From Octopus bimaculoides (taxonomy: Eukaryota), in assembly GCF_001194135.2 (NCBI RefSeq), contig NC_069007.1, positions 16,985,340 to 17,045,410 of the forward strand: a stretch of DNA of 60,071 nt, read 5' to 3'. Shown in pieces: positions 1-14,115 of the stretch. Both the position numbers and the translations under genes were made by a program. A model generated the notes under the pieces. It saw only the letters and a program-made list of their open reading frames with translations. It ran no database searches and was not told where the DNA came from. Every line of letters begins with the position of its first letter. Positions within the stretch are counted from its first letter, which is position 1.

Positions 1-789
1 GTGTGTATATATATATATATATATATATGAGGTATTGCGACATTTAAGCGCCCTACGTTAATTTTTCATAATTTACTAAAAAATGTATATTGTTTCCAGT
101 GAAATTTAAAAAAAAAAAAAATTTTGATCGTTTCGATTACTGTTATGTGGGCAATAATAATTAAGAATTACCATTTTACCCCACTTTTGTAGCTACAATA
201 TATATATATATATATATATGACAGCTATAGTTTAGGAACCTACAAATTTTCCCACATATCTGCAATTTCCTAAAAAATGGCATTTTTTTCATTGAAAATT
301 TCCTGAAACATGTTCTCAAGGTTGCAGATAATATTCAGGAAAAACTTCATTCCACATAAGTCATAAACTGGTTTGTCTCCACGCAAAATTCTCTTCAGCT
401 TCCTGAAAAATTGCATAAATTTTCAATAAAACTTTGTAAAGATATCCTTCTCTCAAGAGTGTTGATCACCTTGGTAAAAAAAAATCTAGAAAAAAGATCT
501 GAAGTTGATTAATCTTTTTGATTTTGCTTCCTAATTCTTTTCAACACTAATTATTTTTTCAACGAAATTTTGCAGAAATATTTTGGAGATTGTAGATTAC
601 ATAGAAGTTAATACAAATTTTTGCTTAACAAAGGAGTAGAAATGAAATGATTAGAAATTCCTCCAGAAAATATTTGAATTTTTCTCGACATAATCGTAAT
701 TTATCCCCTAGAGAATACATCCCTGTTTTTCATAAGATTATGAGGAAACACAGTACCGGATAGAGGGAGGACTAAATTGTAATTATGCC

Positions 790-823
<34 letters not shown>

Positions 824-3636
824 AGGGACCTAATTCAGAAGTCCCTTTAAACGTGAAAGGATCTTTGAATGTATGTATGATGTATATTTTACCCCTGGGT
901 TTACTCGGATTGAGCAAACATCTACTGCTATGAGCATCCCTTTTATTTTCACGGATTTTATCTAGGACTATATAGTATAAAATGTCCCTCTCATTAAAAA
1001 AAGAAAAAAAAGTTTGAGGAAGATCTGATTTATTTCTGGCAAGTCGATTGACATTGTGACCTCTTTCGTTAAGATATATAAAATCTTTCTACGAATTAAC
1101 CTCCCTGTTAGGAAAATTTGACTTATTTCTAGCAGATCGGGTGACTGTGTAACCTATTTCCTAATATATTCAAACACTAACAACTAGATAAGGATGGTGT
1201 GTTCGTTTTTACGCTCCTAAATTCTTATCGAGTCCTTTAATACGGCTGTGTGTGTGTGTGGCGTACCGAGTATACGCCGTATAAATCAATTAAGGAAGAA
1301 AAAAAAAATTCAGGTCTTGGGGATTAAATCAACAATGGCGGTTAAGAGGCCTGCATTAAAAGATGAATTTGAATAAAGGACCCTTAAAATCGAGGGTACC
1401 TTTTAGCCTCAGGTCAATTTCAGTGGAGACATCTACTGGCGGGCCTTTATCTAGAAAGAACTAAGCGGCATTTATACTGGCTCCCTTATTTTTTGTGAAT
1501 TGAAATCCTGCCGAGTTCGACTAATGGTAGAGATGGACTATATGTAATCTGAACCTTTCCCCCCCCTTATTTATTTTTTTTTTACGGAATCCCACGTTTT
1601 AGGCTATNNNNNNNNNNNNNNNNNNNNNNNNNNNNNNNNNNNNNNNNNNNNNNNNNNNNNNNNNNNNNNNNNNNNNNNNNNNNNNNNNNNNNNNNNNNNN
1701 NNNNNNNNNNNNNNNNNNNNNNNNNNNNNNNNNNNNNNNNNNNNNNNNNNNNNNNNNNNNNNNNNNNNNNNNNNNNNNNNNNNNNNNNNNNNNNNNNNNN
1801 NNNNNNNNNNNNNNNNNNNNNNNNNNNNNNNNNNNNNNNNNNNNNNNNNNNNNNNNNNNNNNNNNNNNNNNNNNNNNNNNNNNNNNNNNNNNNNNNNNNN
1901 NNNNNNNNNNNNNNNNNNNNNNNNNNNNNNNNNNNNNNNNNNNNNNNNNNNNNNNNNNNNNNNNNNNNNNNNNNNNNNNNNNNNNNNNNNNNNNNNNNNN
2001 NNNNNNNNNNNNNNNNNNNNNNNNNNNNNNNNNNNNNNNNNNNNATACTAAGGGTTGATGTTATCGACTAAAATCTTCTCTCAAAATTGCTGGCCTTGTG
2101 CGAATATTAGAAACAATTTTTTTTAAAAATCCGTTTTTAGTAAATCGAGGGACCATACAACCTCATCTGTTTTTCACTTAATAAAGGGAACAGTTGAAAA
2201 ATAGAACTTTTAATTATGTTCCAGAATTATTAACGTGTTGAACGAATTTTTGCTCGATCTGAATAGTTTTAAGTCCACATGTCGTTTTCTTGTTCTCCCC
2301 CTGACAACGCCGTTTCGATCTTTTTTTTTTTTTTAATGTCAGTTGGTTCCGCTTTCGTCCTGCCGTGCTAGCGTGATACTTCCTCTTTGGTGACTCAAAG
2401 GAAATAGCAACCTAGTCACATAGTTATTGTCTTTTGAAAGCAGGATGGTTATACTAGATGTTCGATACAGAGAGAGACAAAGAAATTAAAGGATGGTCAC
2501 GTCTGGATTACCTATTGATCGGGCGCTAATGCAGATTCATTTGACCAGAACTGACTGGGAATTAAAGCCCCCCCCCCATTTTTCGACCATGCCTCAAACA
2601 ATACCTTTTGGGATTCGATCTAACCCTACATTGCATCCTCTCTCATCCTGCCTTAGTCCAGCTTTGATTTCATCCCTTCCTTGTCGAAAATTTTCAAGAC
2701 TAATACTAATTAAAACTGGATGTTAATTTAATCGGCATACCCAACCCCAACCACCTCATCAATATGTGGACTTGTAACCACATGTTAGAAACATTGGTTT
2801 TAGATCCACAAATTTTGAATCAAAGTCGTTCCAGTCTTGCCCATCCCTTTATTTATTTATTTGTTTTTTTTATTAAACATTACGTAGAACATAGTAATTT
2901 AAACTCAATATCGGTGCGACCGGTCTGGTTGGCTCTAGAAAACTGCGCCATGTTATTTTATATATGCCGCAGTGCTTCAAGTAAAAATGTCGTTTGAAGA
3001 GAGCCGAGGAGGACTTAGTCCATTGCTACTATGTATGCGGTTAACTGAATTGTCGACTTCGAACAATATAATATATTACAGCTAAACGCATATATATATA
3101 TATATATATATATAGTGTGTGTGTATATAATATAGAGAGAAAGGCTTTTTAGACATTTATTTTGGCATAGATTTCTCATCTGAATAAAGTTTTATGCATA
3201 AATCCTCTTAAATTTTACCATTTGTATGTTATCTATTTTATATATATATATATATTTTATTTTCTGGTTCTGCAATTTCGTGCTTGTGTTGTGTCTTGTG
3301 TTTGAAAGGTGGCGAATTGACAATCGGATAAGATGGTTCTACGGCATTTGTTCTGTTTCGGTTCACTGCATTACGATTTCAAATCCCGCCGAGATTTAAC
3401 TTTCCCTTTCATTCATACATGCTCATTAAAGGTACCACTTGGTTACTTACTGGAAGTCAGTTTCTGTCTGAATTGGCTACATGTCTGGTTCACACAGCAA
3501 AATAAAGAAGCTGCAAAGATATGGATGGGTTTGGGCAACCTTTTTAAGAAAGGCTGGCTGAGTGGTGTTAAATATGTGCTGTCGTCATCTCGGGCTGTCA
3601 CATGTGGAAGTAGTTCCACTCCATGAAATGCAAGTT

Positions 3637-3672
<36 letters not shown>

Positions 3673-3830
3673 AATTAAAAGGGTAAAGGATTATCAATTT
3701 ATTAATTAATAAATCAATTAACAATTAATAATTTTTACCAAGCCCATTGGTATGAAAGCACCATTATTGGTGAACTTATTTAAAAGTTCATATATATTTA
3801 TAAACATAATTAAGGGATCAGCAAATATTT

Positions 3831-3866
<36 letters not shown>

Positions 3867-4237
3867 GTCGATGTGAGGAGAAAATGTGGACTAGCCCAAT
3901 TATGTGCTATGAACAGGCAGTTAGTTTATATGAAATAAAAGCTTCTGACGTATGATTGTATGTAAAACATATATCTGCCATTTTCCCCCTTTTATCACCG
4001 ATCTCAGATATTTAAATGTCTTTAAATTAAATAGATATATATACATGGGTTTAGTTTCTATGTTAGATAGTTACTACTATAAGTAGTAGTAAACAGATTC
4101 GTTTTTCTAGATTCTACTATTGTGAGACCCAACATGTATTTCAGAATAATTAGTCATGCCTGTTGGAGGGAGACAGTTACAAGGCCTGGCTTGAATATTT
4201 ATTTCATACTTGTTTGTTTCAAATAATTTAGATGAAT

Positions 4238-4274
<37 letters not shown>

Positions 4275-6892
4275 GTTCGTGTGTGTAAATTTGTATTCTA
4301 GTGCTTGTAAACTAGTGTAAAATGTAGTTTGAAGAAATTTACGAAGTAAACTCAGCTTGTCCTAGTTTGTGTTAACTCGAGAGTAACAAAGGAACTTCTT
4401 TTCTCCTCCTCCTTTCTTGACTCCATTACTCCCTCCCCTTCGCCATTATCCTACATTTTCTCTTCTCCTCCCCCCTCTCTCTCTCTACGAATATATGCGT
4501 AAAGCATACTTATATATAGCTGGAAAATATGTGTATGTGTGTGTGTATAGCATACATATATATATATATATATGTATATTTTATGTATATAGTTATTCGA
4601 TACTGCCTTAAATTGTGGTACATCGAATCAGTTTTAAGCGGAATTTCGATTATAAAAACCCGACATCTCTCACTCACACTCACGTCTCTCACTCAAGACG
4701 CCACGCTCGCTCTCAACTAGTTTTTCTCGGCAACGTGGAGCCATATTGGATTATTTTGTACAGTTTCATTATGTCAAACGTTTTTATTTTTATTCGAGTT
4801 TTTTTAAATTTATTTTTACGGTCTGTGTACATCTGAGTACATCGGTGGTCTAAATGCGATGATGATAATCATTTAGCATTAGTAATCTAGACATCGCACT
4901 ATTTAATATCGGTCAAGGTTAATTAACTAACTTAGAAAAACTATTGTCTTGTTAGTCTTACTACTTTGTTTGCACTAACTGATATATGATATATAGAACA
5001 TTTATTTCATCCTGATATGGGGTCGAATTAACGAAATGTATGTTATGTGTGTGTGAATGATACACAAAAGTTCGCCTTGAAACGTTCAGATTGTAATTGC
5101 AGCAGGAGGTTCGAGGGGGGGGGGGCTCAAGACTATCAGCCTGTGGTGGTGGCGTCGGAGGAATTATAATATACGAGGCGCAGTTATGAGTTTTTATAGG
5201 ACGTGAATGTTTTGTAAATTTTAGCAGCAGAATGTAAAAGAGACGAGTAGTAGTAGTATTGAGGACATATGGTTTTTAAAAAAATATATTAAGCTCCTTG
5301 TCGGTCCTGCTATATAGTAAAGCCGGTGAGAGTATTTGATTCAATTCTTCTTACATAGTGACTGTTGTACCACTTACACGGTCTAATGTCGGCTTGGTTT
5401 TGAAAGGTGGTTGGGTGCAAAACGGAGATGATTTGTATTTAACTGTTGTAGGTTTGTATAAATGAATTCCGTCTCCCGAAAGAGGCACGCCGACAGAAAT
5501 ATCCGGTGTACATTGTGTCCTACTTGTTATTTAAATTGAAGAATGAGGCAAATATGTTGGCTTACTTCTTCAGATATTATTTGATCACCTTAAAGATAGC
5601 ATTCAGATAGTATTGATTTCACATTGCGTGTGTGTATGCTTTAAGTACACGTTCTTATTTTAACTAAAACCTTAAATTTTTTAAACCTAAATTTGGGTTA
5701 AAAATAAATTTAATTTGCACTTTGAATATCCTACATGTTAAAACTATATTGGATATTAAAACATGAAACTGGTTGGTTTTTTAAAATCTTATTCTATTGA
5801 ATTAACAAATAACTGTCATTCGTGGTTTCATTTTCTAAGACCTTTTTGGAGATTGGAGCCATGTTCGCCTTGGTTCTTTAAGCTAACGCAACCATTACCA
5901 AATTATCGAAGTATATTCAGAGATTTTGAAAGCTGTACTTGTGTTCGTTGTGTGTCAGGGGAGACAGGTAACTTTTGATGTTAGTGGTTTTTAGAGGTAG
6001 CTAAATATATTGATTTCGTATAATTTCTTCTCTAACTACTTAAGCCCGTTTTTTAACTTTAGTTTTAAACTTTTCAAGAAAGCCAATGTGCTGTGGTGAG
6101 AATAGGAGGCAACATGTTTTCAACTTGCCCCTGGGAAGGTCAGAGAGGCGATAGTCAGACTCCTTTATAGGTTCACTCGGTGATTTTTGGTTTTAGGTAC
6201 ATATATCTTCATTGGATAATGCTAAGATACAATTTGGGAAAATACAAAAATAAGACTTGGACATACCGAGTAAGCTTTGTAAGTGCTTAAATGTCATTGC
6301 AGATTTCTTTTAATTAACTGAACAGCCTAATTTTTTTTTGAAGCTACATTGTAAAATGGAAAACGTAACTTATAACACACACGCACATTAAAGTATATGC
6401 AAATTGAATAGTCATTTCAAAATATGACATCCGATATATATATATAGATAGACAGAGCTAAAATGTAAGTGGATGTTGGCTGCATAAATAAGTACAGCGT
6501 CTTATTTCAAAGACAAACCCAAATTTATTCCACTCAAAAAGAATATTCATCTATGAACCATGCACGATGAGGTCCCCTCGTAGTTGGGTCATAGTTCAAT
6601 GATTGAAGTTAAAATTGTAGTTCTCTTGCTCCTGGTTTATATATTAAAAAAAAGCTTTTGTTAATCTAACTATGAGATTAAAGTTAAGGAGTTAAGGTTA
6701 GTGCTAACATCCAATACATTATTAAAAATACGTAGGTGTGTCGAGTTAAATAAACTCGGTGATTATCAGCTTAGATCTTTAGCTATTAGAAACTTATCTT
6801 TTCAGGTGTACGGTTAACCTTCTCTTGATTAGTTTGTTGAACATGACAATATATGTGGCGGAATAAATTTGAGGTCTGTCCGTCCGTCTGCC

Positions 6893-7207
6893 CGCAGGCG
6901 TGGCTGTGTGGTGAAGAAGCTTGCTTCCCAACGTTTCCGTTCCACTGCGTGGCACCTTGGGCAAGTGTTTTCTATAGCCTCGGGTCGACCAAGGCCTTGT
7001 GAGTGGATTTAGTAGACGGGAACTGTTAGAAGCCCGTCGTGTATGTATATGTATGTATTTGTCTTGACAACCGATGTTGGCGTGTTTACGCCCTCAATTT
7101 GCGGTTCGTCAGAAGGGGGCCGATAGAATAAGTAGGCTCAAAGTCCTGTGGTCGATTTCTTCGACTAAAGGCGATGCTCCAGCATGGCCGCAATCAAATG
7201 ACTGAAA
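6893..7207 (+). mobile_element. tRNA-derived octopod SINE, family A, degenerate
   Basis: Aligns by eye with the copies at 52929, 48077, 50322 and 59641 (ggctgtgtggt...ggcaccttgggcaagtg...gctccagcatggcc...aaatgactgaaa). Confidence 0.85.
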
Positions 7208-7667
7208 AAAATAGTTATGCATATTCTAGGTATGTTTTTCAATTTGAAATGCAAGGTAATAAGGAAAAGGTGCTCAAGCTTGGATTTGAATTCGCCAGGA
7301 ACAATTATACCAATAAGGGCAATATTTAGTGTCTTGAGAAAATACATGATCTACTGTGACTCTTGCTTTCAGTAGAAATACTTGAAACGGGTTTTCATTT
7401 TCCCACGTACTATATTTGTGTGTATACACACGCACAAGATCGGAAGATACCTTAGGTTTGTCGGGAACAAGGCACGAACCCAGTACTATTCGATAAATAG
7501 ATTGGCTTCAAGGCCAATATCCGACGACTTTACAGGTTTCGTAATACGTGTATATCAGTATATGGATGTGTGTATGTACATGTTTGAGATAGAAGACTTC
7601 GAAGAGACTGTTTAGTGGTCTGTGTCAGCAATACTTAGATGGAAAAAAAACTGTAACAAACTTTGCT

Positions 7668-7890
7668 GTGGAGAGTGAAGTACTCCAAAGTTAAGAGATA
7701 TTCCTTCAGGTTGGGACGACAGGAAGCGGGGGTGGGGGTGGGGGAGGTAAAGACAGCAAATTTACATCCTCTATCTTGCAGCTAGTTTCTCAAATAGAGG
7801 ATGTAAAACTGTTGTCTTTCCTCTACACTCCTGTTATCTTAATTCTGAAGAAGGCCTCTGACCGAAACTTTGGATACTCCACTTCCCCCA
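7668..7890. mobile_element. Imperfect fold-back element with a degenerate hammerhead core (Penelope-like terminus relic)
   Basis: Nested inverted arms; CTGAAGA at 7845 and CCGAAAC at 7862. Confidence 0.45.
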
Positions 7891-8109
7891 CGCCAATTCG
7901 GTTATATCATTTGTGCCACTTTATACATGTTATGCACTGTAATATCTACATGTGCACGTGCGAATATGCATGTATGTGAATCTATGTTTATATGTGTATA
8001 CAATGTTTATTTGCCATCATCAGAGCATTGGATCACTTAGCAGTTTGTTCAAATGTTTCTATGGTCAACCTTTGTCTTTCATTATTTGAGGTTCAGTTGT
8101 AGGGTAGTC

Positions 8110-8470
8110 GTACAGTAACAGGTGCAGACGATAATCCAATTAGCAGTTATGGGTGGGTGGAGAAACTTGACTTGAAAGAATTATTACTTTTCCTGGCAAC
8201 AAAAGCTTTTTTCACTTTCTAGGAGTGAAGGGCAGGGTTTATGATGCCTTTGTACGCTAAGTGTAATGTTGAATGACACTGAGGTGTGGGCCTCGAGTGC
8301 AGAGGATTTGAGAATGTTACAAAGAAGTGCACAAATGAACTAAGGGATAAGTAGGATATATGCAGCATTAAACATAGTGAGAGAGAATGTGTTATTGTTA
8401 ATACTCCTGGAACACGTCTGTGTACAAAAATGGTTTGCATCAGCTGTGTGGCATCCAATACAACCCCAAT
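8110..8470 (+). pseudogene. Degenerate RTE-clade LINE reverse-transcriptase C-terminal fragment
   Basis: Frameshifted translation GVKGRVYDAFVR / SVMLNDTEVWASSAEDLRMLQRS resembles the RTE motif VKGRLYxACVRSxMLxGSETW. Confidence 0.65.
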
Positions 8471-11400
8471 AACATGTTCTCCAATTTGCTATAGTCTATG
8501 TGCCTATAGTCTCATTCTTTGTACTGCTTGTCACGACTTCACTTCTCTTAGATCACTCCTTTAACATTACCATCTTTATCTTCAATTCCAGTCCACCTCC
8601 TCCCTCCTCTGCCAAGTTCATAATTGATGATAGTTATGCCATTGACCATTCTCAGTCTCTGCATGTTCTCTTTTCCACTATTCTTTGCAATTACTGTTCC
8701 TTCTTACTCCTTACAACACAATCTCCCATTTCTGCCTCTTACTCTCTCCTCATGTGAATTGGTCTCCCCTATCACATAACCTTTCATTTTTACCTCCCCT
8801 CAACCCTATATGTTCCGCTGGTACTGGTGCTACAATAAAATGCAACTAATATGGTATGTAAAGTGATTAGTGGATGAGCAATGTTTGGAGAGAAAGAAAA
8901 CCATTTGTCATGCATATTGTCAGATTCGTTAAAAAGTTACATGATCACAACTGACTCGTCTTAGATACATAATGACATTTCTAGCTGGTCGAATGACCAA
9001 TGAGAACTCTAATCACATGGTTTCTACAGTGTCTTACTATTTCTTTCATTTTCTGTGATACTCTTTCTGTAGCCTATTTTTTCTGTTTTGTTGCATTGTA
9101 TGAGAAGTATTAAAAGTAGTGGTATTCAACAACAAAACGCCCACAAACTTGAGCCAATATGGGAGTCTACATAGTTGTAGGACCTATTAAAGATAAGTCA
9201 CATCTGCCTATCCCTGTCACCAGGATAATGCACTCCCAAATATACTAGAATAAAAAAGCTGGGATAGCTGTGATTGAAATGAATGCCTTGTATGGTAGAT
9301 TTATATGACCAGAGCTTATCTTATGCTAAACGATAATAGCAGCATGCTTATAAGCACAAGATCACACCAACTTTTTAATCACACTCGTACAATGCACATT
9401 TACATACACACAAATATAATGAATTGACAAGAGTTTTAGTGCTTTGGACAAGATATTTTAGCGGTGTTTTAAGTTCCCTGTCATGGATCAGTTGCCTCCT
9501 GTGAGCAGAACAGGCTTATCTCCAACAGGGTAGTAATGAATTGACAACAGCTGAATAGAGAAAGTGTTGATAATATAGCAGCTATTTGAGCAAATGGTAT
9601 TGTGCACTCTCTTCTTTGCCATATTCTCAAAGTATCTTTACTCAACCCTCCTAACTTCGTCTTCCTCTTCCATGTTTCTTTGTACATGTTATATTCACTT
9701 TGCATTGTGTGAGGCAGATGTAAGGGAATTAAGTTAATGACATCCTATAGACACTTATATTCCTAAGAAATTTAACTTTTACAGGTCTGGTGACATGGTA
9801 TATCATCTCGCGCTCATATGATGAAAAATCCCCACTCTTTCTAGGATTTTGGATGTTCTGCATTTATGTCGTACAGAGTTGGTACATCAAGCAGTAACAT
9901 CGTTTGACTATTAAAGATTTGTAAATTTTCATGTTAAAAAAAAAATTCCCTCAAATTTTCTATTGGAAAAGAAATTTAGGGTGGTCTACTTAGTCCAGAA
10001 CATTGCTTACAATCTAATTTTAATTGAAATAACCAGATAGTGGGAATGTCCTCTTGGGGTTAAAATCGAACGGACAGCCATGTTGAAGTGGCTATGAATA
10101 TTACTTGAAATAAATTATACTTCCTGACATTAATGTTGTAATACAAGGTATTTCAGCCTGTACTTTGCACAGAAAATTGAATGATTATTACTTACACTTT
10201 GTCCCTTTTCTGTGCTGGTATGAATTGGACGAGATTTTTTGAGGTAGTATAAATGCTTATCCCATTGGTTAAAAGTGCTAAGTTACAGAACAATTGGTAT
10301 TGCTGTCCACGTTGATATCAGTGCAGACATGGTTCGTGTGCACATGTACAGTTTCCATCTACCAAAATTTCAGTTAGAGCTGTGGTTAACTTGAGACTTA
10401 TAGCTGAAAACTCTCCCAACATACCATGTAATGGGATTACACTTTAAACCATATAGTTGAGAAGTGAATTTCATAACTATACTCTTCTTTACAGGCACCC
10501 AAGTAAATATGGATGTGTGCATGTTTGCCCACATTTTTTAACCTGGTTGATTGTTGATTAGACATTTCTTTTGCTGTCTTCTGTCAAATTCCATTCTGGC
10601 TAGGATGACTGGGGCATCACATACCCTCATTAAATTTTAAGATTGATGTAACATTGATATTCTCTTGTAAAGCTAATGATACCTAAAGTTGCTGCTCCTA
10701 AGATACTATGGCTTTTGGGGTTTATATTTAACAATTAACAACTTAACTGAAATATAGAAAAGAAGTAATTTATCTTCAGTTGCAAGAAGTTCTCAAATGT
10801 CTTGCCGAGAAGCCCGGGTACCAACGACCATTAGTATTAATTTGAATCTAGAGTAGTAACTTATTTTTTTGGTTCTCAAAAAGTTGCATGACAATTGACA
10901 AGCAAGTTTGATCCCAGAATGTAAAGAGTATGAACTAAATACTATAAGGCATTTTGTTTGTTGTGCTAATGTTAGTGCCAAATCACCATCTTGTGTGTAT
11001 TAAAGCTGCTAGAATACTTGTGCAACCATAATGTCTTCCAACAACCATTACTTTTGCTTTGTGCTTCTGAGCATTACATATGATTCATCAAAAAATAGAC
11101 TACTATTCTTTCTTGTGTTTAAGTTGTTAATGGTTAAAATGGAGATGAGAAATTACTTGCTGTTAGATGAGCAGGAAAAAAAATCCTCCATTTATATGTA
11201 ATTGTCTAAACCTTTCCTGAATCACTTTTACTTGCTTTCCATTTTAAAAGGAAAAAAAAAAAAAAAAGGAAAATATGTCATTAGTTTTAAAAGTTATCCC
11301 TGTGTTTAACAATTTTTCAATTCCAACCTTCTTAGGTTCTAATTTGTATTTGATTTTCAAGGTCAAGGATTCTAATTTCTAAGGTCAGCTTTTAGAAAAA

Positions 11401-13813
11401 TAGTGACCTCATTTCATTTTTGTCTATTAATTTCATGAGTTTCAATTCTCAAAATATCTGAATAGAAATGGCTACTGATTTTGGATAATTTTTAGGACAT
11501 GATGATTTAATAGAAATAGTTTAGTTTCAATTAAGATATATAGTTGCATAGTTAAATGAAAGTATTAGTAAAAACAATAGATGTTCATTTGAATTTAATT
11601 TATAAATCAAATTTATTTGAACTAAATTGAAATGTTTTAGATGATGAGATGCATGACTAAGTACTCAATCCATAAATGCATTCATTCATAGAGTATATTA
11701 TTGCATTTCATTTTTGTTTCTAATTAGAATCACTGAAGTGTACTTTTAATTTCTTGAACTCCTGTCGTGTAGGGTGTCGTATTGTGTGCCTATAGTATTT
11801 ATGTTCAGCATAAATACCTTGTGGTTTTTAGGACATAATGTCTGAGGAGTTCTACTCATTTCAGGTTTTTACATTTCTATATATATTTCAACTGAACCTT
11901 CTGTGCTCTCTGCAGATGAGAGTGAAGCTATTACCCTTGGGCTGGTACTACAAAAATGTAAGCAGCACAAATGTAAAGTGATAGGACAATCAGGAGAGAA
12001 AGTGTTGGATTGTAAGGTCTCTTTAATCCAGCCCCACAGGTCTATTCAGCCTATCTAGTGTTGGTAGCACAAGAACATGCACCAACCAGTTTTTGGGAGC
12101 AGTAGCTCTTAATCAAATGTTGACAGGCCTAGGCCATGCCAACATGGAAAGAGGATGTCTGATGGTGATTGATTTCCTAAAGCATATGGTCAAATTTGAA
12201 ATTTGAGAAACTACAGCAATTTTTCTGTTAAAAGAATGTAGTAATGAGTAGTTACTCAAAAAATTTTGTAAATCAAGAATATTGATGTATCAACAAATAT
12301 TAGTAAAAATAAGAATTTAGCCTAAAATAATAAAAAATAAATTTAAAATTGCTCTTAAATATTAACAAAAACATAGGTTCTTTGTAATACTGAATATAAT
12401 TATGGCTGATTCTGTTTTGAGAAGCTTATTAATCAGTAGGCAGTTGTGGTACTTAAAAAAAAAAAATGGTCATCTTAATAGTTTAAATCATTCATAATAA
12501 AAACTTAGCCAAAAACTTTTATTTCATGCTGATGCATCAGCCTTCTAGATCTTTACTTTAAAATCATTATTTTTACTTGAATATGATGAGACTAATGGAA
12601 ATGAGTGGGTGTGTTGACAAGATATGAATAGTGTGTTTTGGAACTGTTGTGTGGTGAGGTGGAAAGTATGTTGCTTTGAGCAAATATGTTTGAGGTCATA
12701 GACAGTGAGAGATGTGAAGTCTCCTTTTTGGAAAGTTGCCAGCAATCAGGCAAACGTAATTTTAAGGTTATATCTCGAGTTTTAGCATTCTCAGTTAAAT
12801 TCAACTCAAAAGGAGGTATAGAGGCACATTAAAATATCTTTATAGCTATATACCTCTCTCAATACACATTTATGAATATGTAGTTGTGTATGTATATGTG
12901 TGTACATAGATGATACACACTTAAAAACTGAATTAGAATTCTGTTATGGAAAACTTCATTCTGATAGATTTCAAGAAGTTTTTAAACTCCACCTTTTGTA
13001 ATGAATTATTTGCTTTCATTAACATTTCAATTGATGGTAAAATTTGATAATGATGCAACTACACTGGTGTGGCTTCTCAGATGAGATGGCCATAATAACA
13101 TTGAATACATTTTGTAGTCTTGGTGAAAAGTAATGGCTTTGTAAGATTGAATGCGTCATGGAAAATAGTAAAATATATCTTGATTAAACATGGTGTGAAT
13201 TTGGAAGACAGCTTGCAAATAAATATTTGAGGAAAAAAATTTGAGGTTTAAAGCTGTTTCAACTTCAATCAAAAGTAGTTATTATGCTATAAAAACATGC
13301 ATAAACAATGTGCATGAAAGAAACTTAATTAGATTTATTTGTTGAATATATCCCAACAATATTGTATAAATGCTAAATGTTAATAGTAAGCAAAACACCT
13401 GAAATATACCATTTTGTTTAGGAAGCTATTGAACACTTAAATAAACATGCAGCTATGATTACAAAATGCCATACTGTTTTTGTAGGTAATACCTCTTACA
13501 CACACATGCCATTTATACCCACTTAATAAATATTAGTTATCTAATAAATTTTATTTTTAAATACCTAGATTGCTCCCTTATGTAGTTGATCAATAACTCA
13601 TTTTAACTTTGGCAAAAGTTTATCAAACTTTGATAGCTGGATTCTTTCCAATATCAAAGCAATATTAGTACAAAAACGTGTTAGGGTTTGCACTTGCTGT
13701 AATTGAATATTGCAGATGTTATAGGTAATTAATAGAGAATTTGTGAGATGTAGTCCAAATTATATTATTTATTGGTAATATTTTTTCCATTTTTACCCTC
13801 CTTTTTTCTGTAG

Positions 13814-14115
13814 GACTATCGTCACAATGCAGAAGCTGCAAAAGCTGCTCTTGATGGCATGCAACGCAAAGGAAGAACACTGCGTGTTCGTTATGCGTCA
13901 TTAGGTTCTGCCTTAAAAGTGAAAAATCTATCACAACATGTCTCTAATGAATTGTTACATCAAGCATTTTCCCAATTTGGTGAGGTTGAACGAGCAGTTG
14001 TCATAGTTGATGATAGAGGTCGGCCAACAGGTGAAGGAATTGTAGAGTTTGCAAGAAAACCTGGTGCTCAAGCTGCGTATAAAAGAATAACTGAGGGTGT
14101 TTTTCTCCTGTCATC
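13814..14115 (+). CDS. NONO: DBHS exon: end of RRM1 plus RRM2
   Basis: ttttctgTAG acceptor; frame DYRHN...GVFLLS; TC/GTAAGT donor at 14116. Confidence 0.95.

Noticed and set aside
3333-3626. 97-aa ORF in the CpG-rich zone
   Set aside because: No recognisable motif or consistent splice signals
7382-7615. ORF containing RFVGNK, resembling the RRM1 RNP2 motif LFVGNL
   Set aside because: Surrounding residues do not match DBHS RRM1 and there are no suitable splice sites
11754-11852. Terminal stem GAACTCCT/AGGAGTTC with CTGA and an internal 9-bp hairpin
   Set aside because: No acceptable C box; could be chance or a MITE relic
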